This document shows positions 45,931-57,900 of a stretch of DNA of 64,000 nt, piece after piece; position 1 is the stretch's first letter; each line of letters opens with the position of its first letter. Made by a program: the position numbers and the translations under genes. Under the pieces are notes generated by a model. That model worked only from the letters and a program-made list of their open reading frames with translations. It did no database searches and was not told the origin of the DNA. Source of the stretch: a virus; the IMG/VR virus record IMGVR_UViG_3300008267_000780, positions 1-64,000 of that record; one strand, written 5' to 3'.

Positions 45931-48900
45931 AAACATTTTAATCACACCCTATAGGAATTCCACGAATCCTTTAGAGTTACCAAAAATAGACTTCATAAAT
46001 GGCTCTACGGCCATTACGCTTCAAGTTGAAGAAACTACACAGTCGATAACTTATGTTGGTTCTGCAGGCACGCTTTTGCAAATCAATAATGATTTAACAG
46101 GCACAACCGTATCCACAAAAAACATTGCAATTACAGGTGTTATTAAAAACACAGGTATAACCTCGAATTCGGGGTTAAATGATTTTGTGGTAGTTGATAT
46201 TGCTACGGGTCAGTTTTACTACCGTAGTGCACCAACGGGTACTTCAGGTTCTTCGGGTCAAAGCGGCACAAGCGGAACTTCAGGAGCCAACGGCTCTTCG
46301 GGTACTTCGGGAGCCAACGGCTCAAGTGGTACTTCAGGGGCCAATGGTTCGTCAGGTACCTCAGGGGCGAATGGCTCATCAGGAACATCGGCATCAAGTG
46401 GAACTTCAGGCTCTACAGGTTCGTCGGGAACTTCAGGTGCAAATGGTTCATCAGGGACATCAGGTGTAAATGGTTCATCAGGAACATCAGGAACATCGGG
46501 TGAAAATGGTAGTTCGGGAACATCGGGAGAAAATGGCTCTTCAGGAACATCAGGTGAAAATGGTAGTTCAGGAACATCGGGCGAAAATGGCTCAAGTGGA
46601 ACATCAGGTGAAAATGGTAGTTCGGGAACATCGGGTGAAAATGGTTCAAGTGGAAGTTCGGGTACTTCAGGAGCAAACGGAAGTTCAGGAACTTCAGGCG
46701 CAAATGGAACATCAGGTACATCGGGAGGCAGTGGAGCGTCAATAAGTGATGGTTGGGATTGGGGTACACCAATTAATGCAACCAAAATGTATTCAAGCAA
46801 TGGTGCTTTGGATTCATCCTCAGTCTTATTGAATATTTCGGAAACTTCGTTGACATCTCAAAACTATGCGAGTCAATTTTCATTGATTGGTATTGGTTCA
46901 AAAATTACAACACGGGGTGGATTGTTTGGAGCAAATGTGACGGAATGGGAAGTTACATCTGTAACCGATTCAGGCACATATTATGAATTTGGTGTAACTT
47001 ATCTTTCAGGTACTCAATGGACTCCATCAACGGGAGACGATATTTTATGTGATTTTGCTATTGCGGGTCAAGCGGGAACAAGTGGAACTGCGGGAACGTC
47101 AGGTGCCAATGGTTCTTCGGGAACGTCAGGGGCGAATGGCACATCAGGCACATCAGGAGAAAATGGAACAAGCGGAACATCGGGCTCTACAGGTTCATCA
47201 GGAACTTCGGGAGCGGGGGTTGCTAATTATTATGCTCAATATAGCAGTAGCGTATCACAGGCTATTGCAGTAGTTAATACCCCTCAAGTTATCACTTATA
47301 ATACCGTCGAAATAGAAAATGGTATTAGTTTTTCAGGAGGTCAAATAACCGTACAATACTCAGGTATTTACGAATTTAGTTTTTCTCCACAAGTTGAAAA
47401 AACACAGGGTGGTACAGCAGTCAACGTAGATTTTTTCATTAGAAAAAACGGATTTGACGTAATCAGAACAGATTCTATCATTGGATTGGTATCCAATAGT
47501 CAATTACAACTTCCTTTTGTTTCTTTGACTTTAGAGTTGTTACAAAATGACTTTATTGAGTTACTATTTGCATCCTCAAGTACGTTTGTTCAAATAACTG
47601 CGGAAGCCGCTAAAACTACACCATTTGTGGCCCCCGCTGCACCATCTGTAATTGTAAGCCTTAAAAATATTGGTGTTGCAGCGGTGGCTTATACCTCTAC
47701 ATCAGGAAGTTCAGGACAAAGTGGTACTGCAGGGGTTTCGGGAACAAGTGGTTCTACAGGAACTTCAGGTTCTTCAGGCGAAAGCGGAACAGCAGGTACT
47801 TCGGGTATTGCAGGTACTTCGGGTACTTCGGGCGATAGTGGTTCAAGTGGAACGTCAGGAACAGGAGGTTCGTCAGGTTCTTCAGGCGATAGTGGTTCAA
47901 GTGGAACTTCAGGAACAGGTGGTTCAAGCGGTACTTCAGGAACAGGAGGTTCATCGGGTTCTTCAGGAAATAGTGGTTCAAGTGGAACTTCAGGAACAGG
48001 AGGTTCAAGTGGTACTTCAGGAACAGGAGGTTCATCGGGTTCTTCAGGAAATAGTGGTTCAAGTGGAACTTCAGGAACAGGCGGTTCGTCAGGTTCTTCA
48101 GGGAATAGTGGTTCAAGCGGCACTTCAGGAACAGGAGGTTCGTCAGGTTCTTCAGGCGATAGTGGTTCAAGTGGAACTTCAGGAACAGGCGGTTCAAGCG
48201 GTACTTCAGGAACAGGAGGTTCAAGCGGTACTTCAGGAACAGGAGGTTCGTCAGGTTCTTCAGGCGATAGTGGTTCAAGTGGAACTTCAGGAACAGGCGG
48301 TTCGTCAGGTTCTTCAGGCGATAGTGGTTCAAGTGGTACTTCAGGAACAGGCGGTTCAAGTGGTACTTCAGGTTCATCGGGTTCAAGCGGAAGCACGGGG
48401 ACATCGGGCTCAACGGGCTCAAGCGGGTCAAGCGGAAGCGCAGGAACGTCAGGTTCAACAGGTTCAAGCGGAAGTGCAGGAACCTCAGGCTCTACAGGTT
48501 CATCAGGAACGTCAGGCTCTACGGGTTCATCGGGAACATCGGCATCAAGTGGAAGTTCAGGTAGCGCAGGTACTTCAGGAGAAAGCGGTAGCGCAGGTAC
48601 TTCAGGTTCTACAGGTTCAAGCGGTTCAAGCGGAAGCACGGGGACATCGGGCTCAACGGGCTCAAGCGGGTCAAGCGGAAGCGCAGGAACAGGCGGTTCA
48701 AGCGGTACTTCAGGAACAGGAGGTTCGTCAGGTTCGTCAGGCGATAGTGGTTCAAGTGGAACTTCAGGAACAGGCGGTTCAAGCGGTACTTCAGGAACAG
48801 GCGGTTCGTCAGGTTCTTCAGGCGATAGTGGTTCAAGTGGAACTTCAGGAACAGGCGGTTCAAGTGGTACTTCAGGTTCATCGGGTTCAAGCGGAAGCAC

Positions 48901-51900
48901 GGGGACATCGGGCTCAACGGGCTCAAGCGGGTCAAGCGGAAGCGCAGGAACGTCGGGTTCAACAGGAACAAGTGGTAGCACGGGAACATCGGGTTCTTCA
49001 GGAACAAGTGGAAGCACGGGTTCAAGCGGTTCAACAGGTTCAAGTGGTACTTCGGGCTCAAGCGGTACGAGCGGTAGCACGGGTTCAAGTGGTACAAGCG
49101 GTTCTACAGGAACTTCGGGTTCTGCAGGAAGTGCAGGCTCAAGTGGTTCAACGGGTTCTTCAGGAACATCGGGCTCAAGCGGTACAAGCGGTAGCACAGG
49201 TTCTTCGGGTTCTACAGGTTCTTCAGGCACATCAGGTTCATCAGCAACTTCGGGCTCTGCAGGCTCTTCGGGAACTGCGGGTTCTGCAGGTTCATCAGGA
49301 ACTTCAGGGGCAAATGGTTCATCGGGAACAAGCGGAAGCGCGGGTTCTTCGGGTTCTACAGGTTCATCAGGCACATCAGGCTCAAGCGGAACATCAGGAA
49401 GCGCGGGTTCAAGCGGTTCAACAGGTTCAAGTGGTACATCGGGCTCAAGCGGTACGAGCGGTAGCACGGGCTCAAGTGGTTCTACGGGTTCTTCAGGAAC
49501 ATCAGGTTCTACAGGTTCTTCGGGGTCTACAGGAACATCAGGTTCTACAGGAACTTCAGGTTCAAGTGGTTCATCAGGAACTTCGGGCGCAAATGGTTCA
49601 AGCGGAACGAGCGGAAGTGCGGGTTCAAGCGGTTCAACGGGTTCATCAGGAACGAGCGGCTCAAGTGGAACGAGCGGAAGTACAGGCTCAAGCGGTTCAA
49701 CAGGGTCCTCAGGAACTTCAGGTTCTTCAGGAACATCGGCATCAAGCGGAACTTCAGGAACTGCAGGTACTTCAGGAAGTGCAGGAACTTCAGGTGAAAA
49801 CGGTTCTTCAGGAACGTCAGGCTCAAGCGGAAGTGCGGGTTCAACAGGTTCTTCAGGAACCTCAGGTTCAAGCGGAACGAGTGGTAGCACAGGCTCAAGT
49901 GGTTCTACAGGCTCAAGTGGTACTTCGGGTTCGTCAGCAACTTCAGGCTCTACGGGTTCATCAGGAACCTCGGGAGCGAATGGCTCTTCAGGTACTTCAG
50001 GTTCATCAGGAAGTGCAGGTACGAGTGGTTCAACAGGCTCAAGCGGAACCTCAGGTTCTTCAGGAACAAGCGGAAGCACAGGTTCAAGCGGTTCAACAGG
50101 CTCAAGCGGAACCTCAGGTACATCAGCAACTTCGGGTTCTGCAGGTTCAAGCGGTACATCGGGTTCTACGGGTTCATCGGGAACATCGGGTTCTGCAGGT
50201 TCATCAGGAACCTCAGGTTCTGTAGGTTCTTCAGGAACTTCGGGTTCTGCAGGCTCAAGCGGTACAAGTGGAAGCACGGGTTCAAGTGGTTCAACAGGTT
50301 CATCAGGAACGTCAGGTACGTCAGCAACGTCGGGTTCTGCGGGTTCAAGCGGTTCAACAGGTTCAAGCGGAACGTCAGGCTCAAGCGGTACGAGCGGTAG
50401 CACGGGTTCAAGTGGTTCTACGGGTTCAAGTGGTACTTCGGGTTCTACGGGTTCAAGCGGCACTTCGGGTGCAAATGGTTCAAGTGGTACAAGCGGTTCT
50501 GCAGGTTCGTCAGGAACTGCAGGTTCTGCAGGTTCATCAGGAACCTCAGGTGCAAATGGCTCATCAGGTACATCGGGTTCATCAGGAAGCGCAGGCTCAA
50601 GTGGTTCAACGGGTTCAAGCGGAACATCGGGTTCTTCAGGAACAAGCGGAAGCACGGGTTCAAGCGGTTCTACGGGTTCATCAGGAACTTCGGGTTCTGC
50701 AGGAACCTCAGGTTCAAGTGGTTCTTCAGGAACATCGGGAGCGAATGGTTCAAGCGGAACGAGCGGAAGTGCGGGTTCAAGCGGGTCAACAGGTTCATCA
50801 GGAACGAGCGGCTCAAGCGGAACAAGCGGAAGCACAGGGTCAAGTGGGTCAACAGGTTCATCAGGAACGTCAGGTTCATCAGGAACTTCGGCATCGAGCG
50901 GAAGTTCAGGAAGCGCAGGTACTTCAGGAAGTGCAGGAACATCAGGGGCAAATGGTTCATCAGGAACTTCAGGTTCTTCAGGAAGCGCAGGCTCATCGGG
51001 CTCTACGGGTTCTTCAGGAACGTCAGGTTCAAGCGGAACAAGCGGAAGTGCGGGTTCAAGCGGCTCTACGGGTTCTTCAGGAACGAGTGGTAGCGCGGGT
51101 TCTTCAGGCACATCAGGTTCTGCAGGCTCTTCAGGAACATCAGGAGCAAACGGCTCAAGTGGCACATCGGGCTCTTCAGGAAGCGCGGGCTCTTCGGGTT
51201 CTACAGGAAGTTCAGGAACCTCGGGTTCAAGTGGAACGAGCGGTAGCACAGGTTCTTCGGGTTCTACGGGCTCTTCAGGCACATCAGGCTCAAGCGGAAC
51301 ATCCGCATCAAGTGGTTCTTCGGGTACATCGGGTTCCGCAGGTTCTTCAGGAACCTCGGGAGCAAATGGCTCTTCAGGAACTTCGGGCTCTGCAGGTAGT
51401 GCGGGCTCAAGTGGTTCAACAGGCTCTTCAGGAACATCAGGGTCAAGCGGAACATCAGGAAGCACAGGTTCAAGTGGTTCTACGGGTTCGTCAGGAACTT
51501 CGGGTTCTTCAGCAACATCAGGCTCTGCGGGTTCTTCGGGAACGGCAGGCTCTTCAGGTTCTTCGGGAACTTCGGGCGCAAACGGCTCAAGTGGTACTTC
51601 AGGTTCTGCAGGTTCTACAGGCTCAAGTGGTACTTCGGGTTCTACAGGCTCAAGTGGTACTTCGGGTTCTTCAGGAACTTCGGGCACAGCGGGTTCAAGT
51701 GGTACTTCAGGAAGTACAGGCTCAAGCGGTTCTACGGGTTCATCAGGAACGAGTGGTTCTTCAGGCACCTCGGGTGCAAACGGTTCAAGCGGAACTTCGG
51801 GTTCTTCGGGTAGTGCGGGGTCAAGTGGCTCTACAGGCTCATCAGGAACATCAGGTTCAAGCGGTACAAGTGGTAGCACAGGTTCTTCAGGCTCTACGGG

Positions 51901-54900
51901 TTCTTCAGGGACATCAGGCTCATCAGCAACTTCGGGCTCTGCAGGTTCGTCAGGGACTTCAGGAAGTGCGGGTTCATCAGGTACTTCGGGAGCAAATGGT
52001 TCGAGCGGAACAAGCGGTAGCGCAGGTTCTTCGGGTTCTACAGGTTCATCAGGCACCTCAGGTTCAAGCGGAACAAGCGGAAGTGCAGGCTCAAGCGGTT
52101 CTACGGGTTCAAGCGGAACATCAGGCTCTGCAGGTTCAAGTGGCACTTCGGGTTCTGCAGGTTCTTCAGGAAGTGCGGGCTCATCAGGTACTTCAGGCGC
52201 AAATGGTTCAAGCGGAACAAGCGGAAGCGCAGGTTCTTCAGGAAGCACAGGTTCATCAGGAACATCGGGTTCTTCAGGAACAAGCGGTAGCACGGGTTCT
52301 TCGGGGTCTACAGGCTCAAGCGGAACAAGCGGTAGCGCAGGTTCTTCAGGAACATCGGCATCAAGTGGAAGTTCAGGAAGCGCAGGTACATCAGGAAGTT
52401 CAGGAACATCAGGGGCCAACGGCTCAAGCGGTACTTCAGGTTCTGCAGGCAGTGCGGGCTCAAGTGGTTCTACAGGTTCAAGTGGTACTTCGGGTTCATC
52501 AGGAACAAGTGGTAGCACGGGTTCAAGTGGTTCGACAGGTTCATCAGGTTCTACAGGCTCATCAGGTTCTACAGGGACTTCAGGCTCAAGCGGTTCATCA
52601 GGAACTTCAGGAGCAAACGGTTCAAGTGGTACAAGCGGTAGTGCGGGTTCGTCAGGTTCCACAGGTTCTTCAGGGACATCAGGCTCAAGCGGAACATCAG
52701 GAAGCGCGGGTTCAAGCGGCTCTACGGGCTCTTCAGGCACATCAGGTTCTTCAGCAACTTCGGGTTCTGCAGGTTCATCAGGAACTGCAGGCTCTGCAGG
52801 TTCTTCGGGAACTTCAGGTGCAAATGGCTCAAGCGGTTCAAGCGGAACAAGTGGTAGTTCGGGTTCTTCAGGCTCTACAGGTTCTTCAGGAACATCAGGT
52901 TCAAGCGGAACAAGCGGAAGCGCGGGTTCTTCGGGTTCAACGGGTTCAAGCGGTACAAGCGGCTCTTCAGGAACATCGGCATCAAGCGGAAGTTCAGGAA
53001 GCGCAGGCACATCAGGTAGTTCGGGTACTTCAGGAGCAAATGGTTCAAGTGGCTCAAGTGGAACAAGTGGTTCTTCAGGAAGCGCAGGTTCAACAGGGTC
53101 ATCAGGCTCATCAGGAACTTCGGGTTCGAGCGGAACAAGTGGTTCAACAGGTTCAAGCGGCTCTACGGGCTCAAGTGGGTCTACGGGTACATCGGGTTCA
53201 AGCGGTTCAAGCGGAACTTCGGGAGCAAATGGTTCAAGTGGTTCATCAGGAACAAGTGGTAGTGCAGGTTCAAGTGGAACAAGTGGTTCTGCGGGTTCAT
53301 CAGGAACATCAGGCTCTGCAGGCTCTTCGGGAACTTCAGGCACAGCGGGTTCAAGTGGAACATCAGGAACACGTGGTTCTTCAGGTTCATCAGGCTCTAC
53401 AGGTTCTTCAGGGACTTCGGGTTCATCAGGAACAAGTGGTAGCACGGGTTCATCAGGCTCTACAGGTTCAAGCGGAACATCAGGCTCTTCGGGAACATCT
53501 GCATCAAGCGGAAGTTCAGGAAGCGCGGGTACATCGGGCTCAAGCGGAACTTCAGGAGCGAATGGTTCGTCAGGTACTTCGGGCTCTTCAGGAAGTGCGG
53601 GTTCAAGCGGTTCAACAGGTTCTTCAGGCACATCAGGCTCAAGCGGTACATCAGGAAGCGCAGGTTCAAGTGGTTCTACAGGTTCTTCAGGAACAAGCGG
53701 TAGCGCAGGTTCTTCAGGCACATCGGGTTCTGCAGGCTCGTCAGGCACATCAGGTGCAAATGGCTCATCAGGAACATCGGGTTCTTCAGGTAGTGCGGGT
53801 TCATCGGGTTCTACGGGTTCTTCAGGAACATCAGGCTCAAGCGGTACATCAGGAAGCGCAGGTTCTTCAGGCTCTACAGGCTCAAGTGGAACAAGCGGTA
53901 GCGCAGGTTCTTCAGGCACATCAGGTTCTGCAGGCTCTTCAGGCACATCAGGTGCAAACGGTTCAAGTGGTACAAGTGGCTCAAGCGGAAGCGCAGGTTC
54001 AAGCGGTTCTACGGGAAGTTCAGGAACCTCGGGTTCAAGTGGAACAAGTGGTAGCACAGGTTCAAGCGGGTCAACAGGTTCAAGCGGAACGAGTGGTAGT
54101 GCAGGTTCTTCAGGAACATCAGGCTCGGCAGGTTCAAGCGGAACGAGTGGTAGCGCAGGTTCTTCAGGCACATCAGGCACAGCAGGTTCAAGTGGTACTT
54201 CGGGAACACGTGGTTCTTCAGGTTCATCAGGTTCTACAGGAACGAGCGGTTCAAGCGGAACAAGTGGAAGCACAGGTTCAAGCGGCTCTACGGGCTCAAG
54301 TGGTACTTCGGGTTCGTCAGGAACCTCGGCATCAAGCGGAAGTTCAGGAAGTGCGGGTACCTCAGGTAGTTCAGGAACTTCAGGGGCAAATGGCTCAAGT
54401 GGCTCAAGTGGAACAGCAGGTTCTTCAGGAAGCGCGGGTTCTTCAGGTTCTACAGGTTCTTCGGGAACAAGTGGTTCATCAGGAACGAGTGGTAGCACGG
54501 GCTCAAGCGGTTCTACAGGCTCAAGTGGGTCTACGGGAACATCGGGGTCAAGTGGCTCAAGCGGAACATCAGGGGCAAATGGCTCAAGTGGTTCTTCAGG
54601 AACGAGCGGAAGCGCAGGCTCATCAGGAACTTCGGGTTCAGCGGGCTCATCAGGAACGAGCGGAAGCGCAGGTTCAAGCGGAACAAGTGGTAGCGCAGGT
54701 TCAAGCGGGTCAACGGGCTCTTCGGGAACTTCAGGCTCAAGTGGCTCGTCGGGTACATCGGGTGCCAACGGCTCAAGTGGCTCAAGCGGAACAGCAGGTT
54801 CTTCAGGAAGTGCGGGTTCTACGGGTTCTTCAGGGTCTTCAGGCACAGCAGGGTCGTCAGGTACGGCAGGTTCTTCGGGTAGTGCGGGCTCAAGTGGCTC

Positions 54901-57900
54901 TACAGGCTCAAGCGGTACTGCGGGCTCAAGCGGCTCTTCAGGCACATCGGGTGCAAATGGCTCAAGTGGTTCTGCAGGTTCAAGTGGTACTTCAGGAACA
55001 GCAGGTTCAAGTGGTACTTCAGGAACGCGAGGTTCGTCAGGGTCATCAGGCTCTACAGGTTCAAGTGGGTCTACGGGTACGTCAGGCTCAAGCGGTTCAA
55101 GTGGCACATCGGGCTCGAGCGGGTCTTCAGGCACATCAGGAGCGAATGGTTCAAGCGGCTCTTCAGGAACAAGTGGTTCTTCAGGAAGCACGGGTTCAAG
55201 TGGGTCTACGGGTTCATCAGGAACAGCAGGTTCTTCAGGAAGTGCGGGTTCTACAGGGTCTTCAGGCTCTTCAGGAACAGCAGGTTCATCAGGTACATCG
55301 GCATCAAGTGGTAGTTCAGGAAGTGCAGGCACATCAGGCGCAAATGGCTCGAGCGGCTCAAGCGGAACGAGCGGTTCTTCAGGAAGCGCGGGTTCTACAG
55401 GGTCTTCAGGCTCTTCAGGAACAGCAGGTTCATCAGGCACATCGGGTTCTGCGGGTAGTGCAGGCTCAAGCGGCTCTACGGGCTCAAGCGGTACATCAGG
55501 CTCAAGCGGGTCTTCGGGTACATCAGGTGCAAATGGCTCAAGCGGTTCAAGTGGAACAAGCGGGTCTGCAGGTTCAAGTGGTTCTACGGGCTCATCGGGT
55601 TCGTCAGGAACTGCAGGTTCAAGCGGTACTGCAGGTTCTTCAGGTTCTACAGGCTCAAGCGGGTCTACGGGCTCAAGCGGAACTGCGGGTTCAAGCGGGT
55701 CTTCAGGCACATCGGGTGCAAATGGCTCAAGCGGTTCAAGTGGAACAAGTGGTTCTGCGGGGTCTTCGGGAACTTCGGGAACAGCGGGGTCAAGCGGTAC
55801 TTCAGGAACTCGGGGTTCATCGGGTTCATCGGGTTCGACAGGCTCAAGTGGTTCAACGGGTACATCAGGCTCAAGCGGTTCGAGCGGAAGCGCGGGTACG
55901 TCAGGTGCAAACGGTTCGAGCGGAACAAGCGGTTCTTCAGGAAGTGCGGGTTCTACAGGCTCTTCAGGCTCTTCAGGAACAAGTGGTTCAAGCGGAACAA
56001 GCGGAAGTGCAGGTTCAAGCGGTTCTACAGGCTCAAGTGGGTCTACGGGTACTTCGGGCTCAAGTGGCTCAAGCGGAAGTGCAGGCACATCAGGTGCAAA
56101 CGGTTCTTCAGGAACGGCAGGTTCTTCAGGAAGCGCAGGTTCAAGTGGGTCTACGGGTTCTTCAGGAACTGCAGGTTCTTCAGGTAGTGCAGGTTCTACG
56201 GGTTCTTCGGGTTCTTCAGGAACTGCGGGTTCGAGTGGAACTTCGGGCTCATCAGGAAGCGCAGGTTCAAGCGGAAGCGCGGGTACATCGGGTGCAAATG
56301 GTTCAAGCGGAACTTCGGGCTCATCAGGAAGTGCAGGTTCTACGGGCTCATCAGGTTCGTCAGGAACTGCAGGCTCAAGTGGAACATCAGGAACGAGGGG
56401 TTCTTCAGGCTCAAGCGGTTCTACGGGTTCCTCAGGCTCCACAGGAACCTCAGGCTCAAGCGGAAGCGCAGGCACATCAGGTGCAAACGGTTCTTCAGGA
56501 ACGTCAGGTTCTTCAGGAAGCGCAGGTTCAAGTGGGTCGACAGGGTCAAGTGGAACATCAGGTTCTTCAGGAAGTGCGGGTTCTACAGGCTCATCAGGTT
56601 CTTCGGGAACAGCGGGTTCATCAGGAACATCGGCATCAAGTGGAAGTTCAGGAAGCGCAGGTACTTCAGGGGCAAACGGTTCTTCGGGTACTTCGGGCTC
56701 ATCAGGAAGCGCAGGTTCTACGGGCTCATCAGGCTCAAGCGGAACAGCGGGCTCATCAGGAAGCGCAGGTTCGAGTGGCTCTACAGGGTCAAGCGGAACA
56801 GCGGGCTCATCAGGAAGTGCAGGTTCTACGGGTTCAAGCGGTTCTACGGGTACATCGGGCTCAAGCGGTTCGAGTGGAAACACGGGGGCAGCGGGGTCAA
56901 GCGGAACGAGTGGGTCTTCAGGTAGCGCAGGTTCAACGGGTTCGAGCGGGTCTTCAGGAACTGCGGGTTCTTCAGGAACATCGGGCACAAGAGGTTCATC
57001 AGGTTCAAGTGGGTCTACAGGTTCGAGTGGTTCTACGGGTACATCAGGCTCAAGCGGTTCGAGTGGAAACACAGGAGCAGCGGGGTCAAGCGGAACGAGC
57101 GGGTCTTCAGGAAGTGCAGGTTCGACAGGTTCAAGTGGTTCTACAGGTACATCGGGCTCAAGCGGTTCGAGTGGAAACACGGGCGCAGCGGGTTCAAGTG
57201 GAACGAGCGGGTCTTCAGGCAGCGCAGGTTCGACAGGTTCAAGTGGTTCTACGGGTACATCGGGCTCAAGCGGTTCGAGTGGAAACACAGGTGCTGCGGG
57301 TTCAAGTGGAACGAGCGGTTCGAGTGGAAACACAGGTGCGGCAGGTTCTTCGGGAACTTCAGGCTCAAGCGGCTCAAGTGGTAACACAGGTGCGGCAGGT
57401 TCAAGCGGAACGAGCGGTTCGAGTGGAAACACAGGAGCGGCAGGTTCTTCGGGAACTTCAGGCTCAAGCGGCTCAAGTGGTAACACAGGTGCGGCAGGTT
57501 CAAGCGGAACGAGCGGTTCGAGTGGAAACACGGGTGCGGCAGGTTCATCAGGGACTTCAGGTGCAAACGGTGCTGCGGGCTCAAGCGGAACAAGCGGTTC
57601 ATCAGGAACTTCAGGCGCAAACGGAGCGGCAGGTTCTTCAGGAACGTCGGGTACACGAGGTTCATCAGGAACTTCGGGCGCAAACGGAGCAAACGGTTCG
57701 TCAGGAACTTCAGGCGCAAACGGAGCAAATGGTTCGTCAGGAACTTCGGGAGCAAATGGAGCGGCAGGTTCTTCGGGAACTTCGGGCGCAAATGGAGCGG
57801 CAGGTTCCTCGGGAACTTCGGGTACACGTGGTTCAAGTGGAACATCGGGTGCAAATGGAGCAAATGGTTCATCAGGTACGTCAGGCGCGAATGGAGCAAA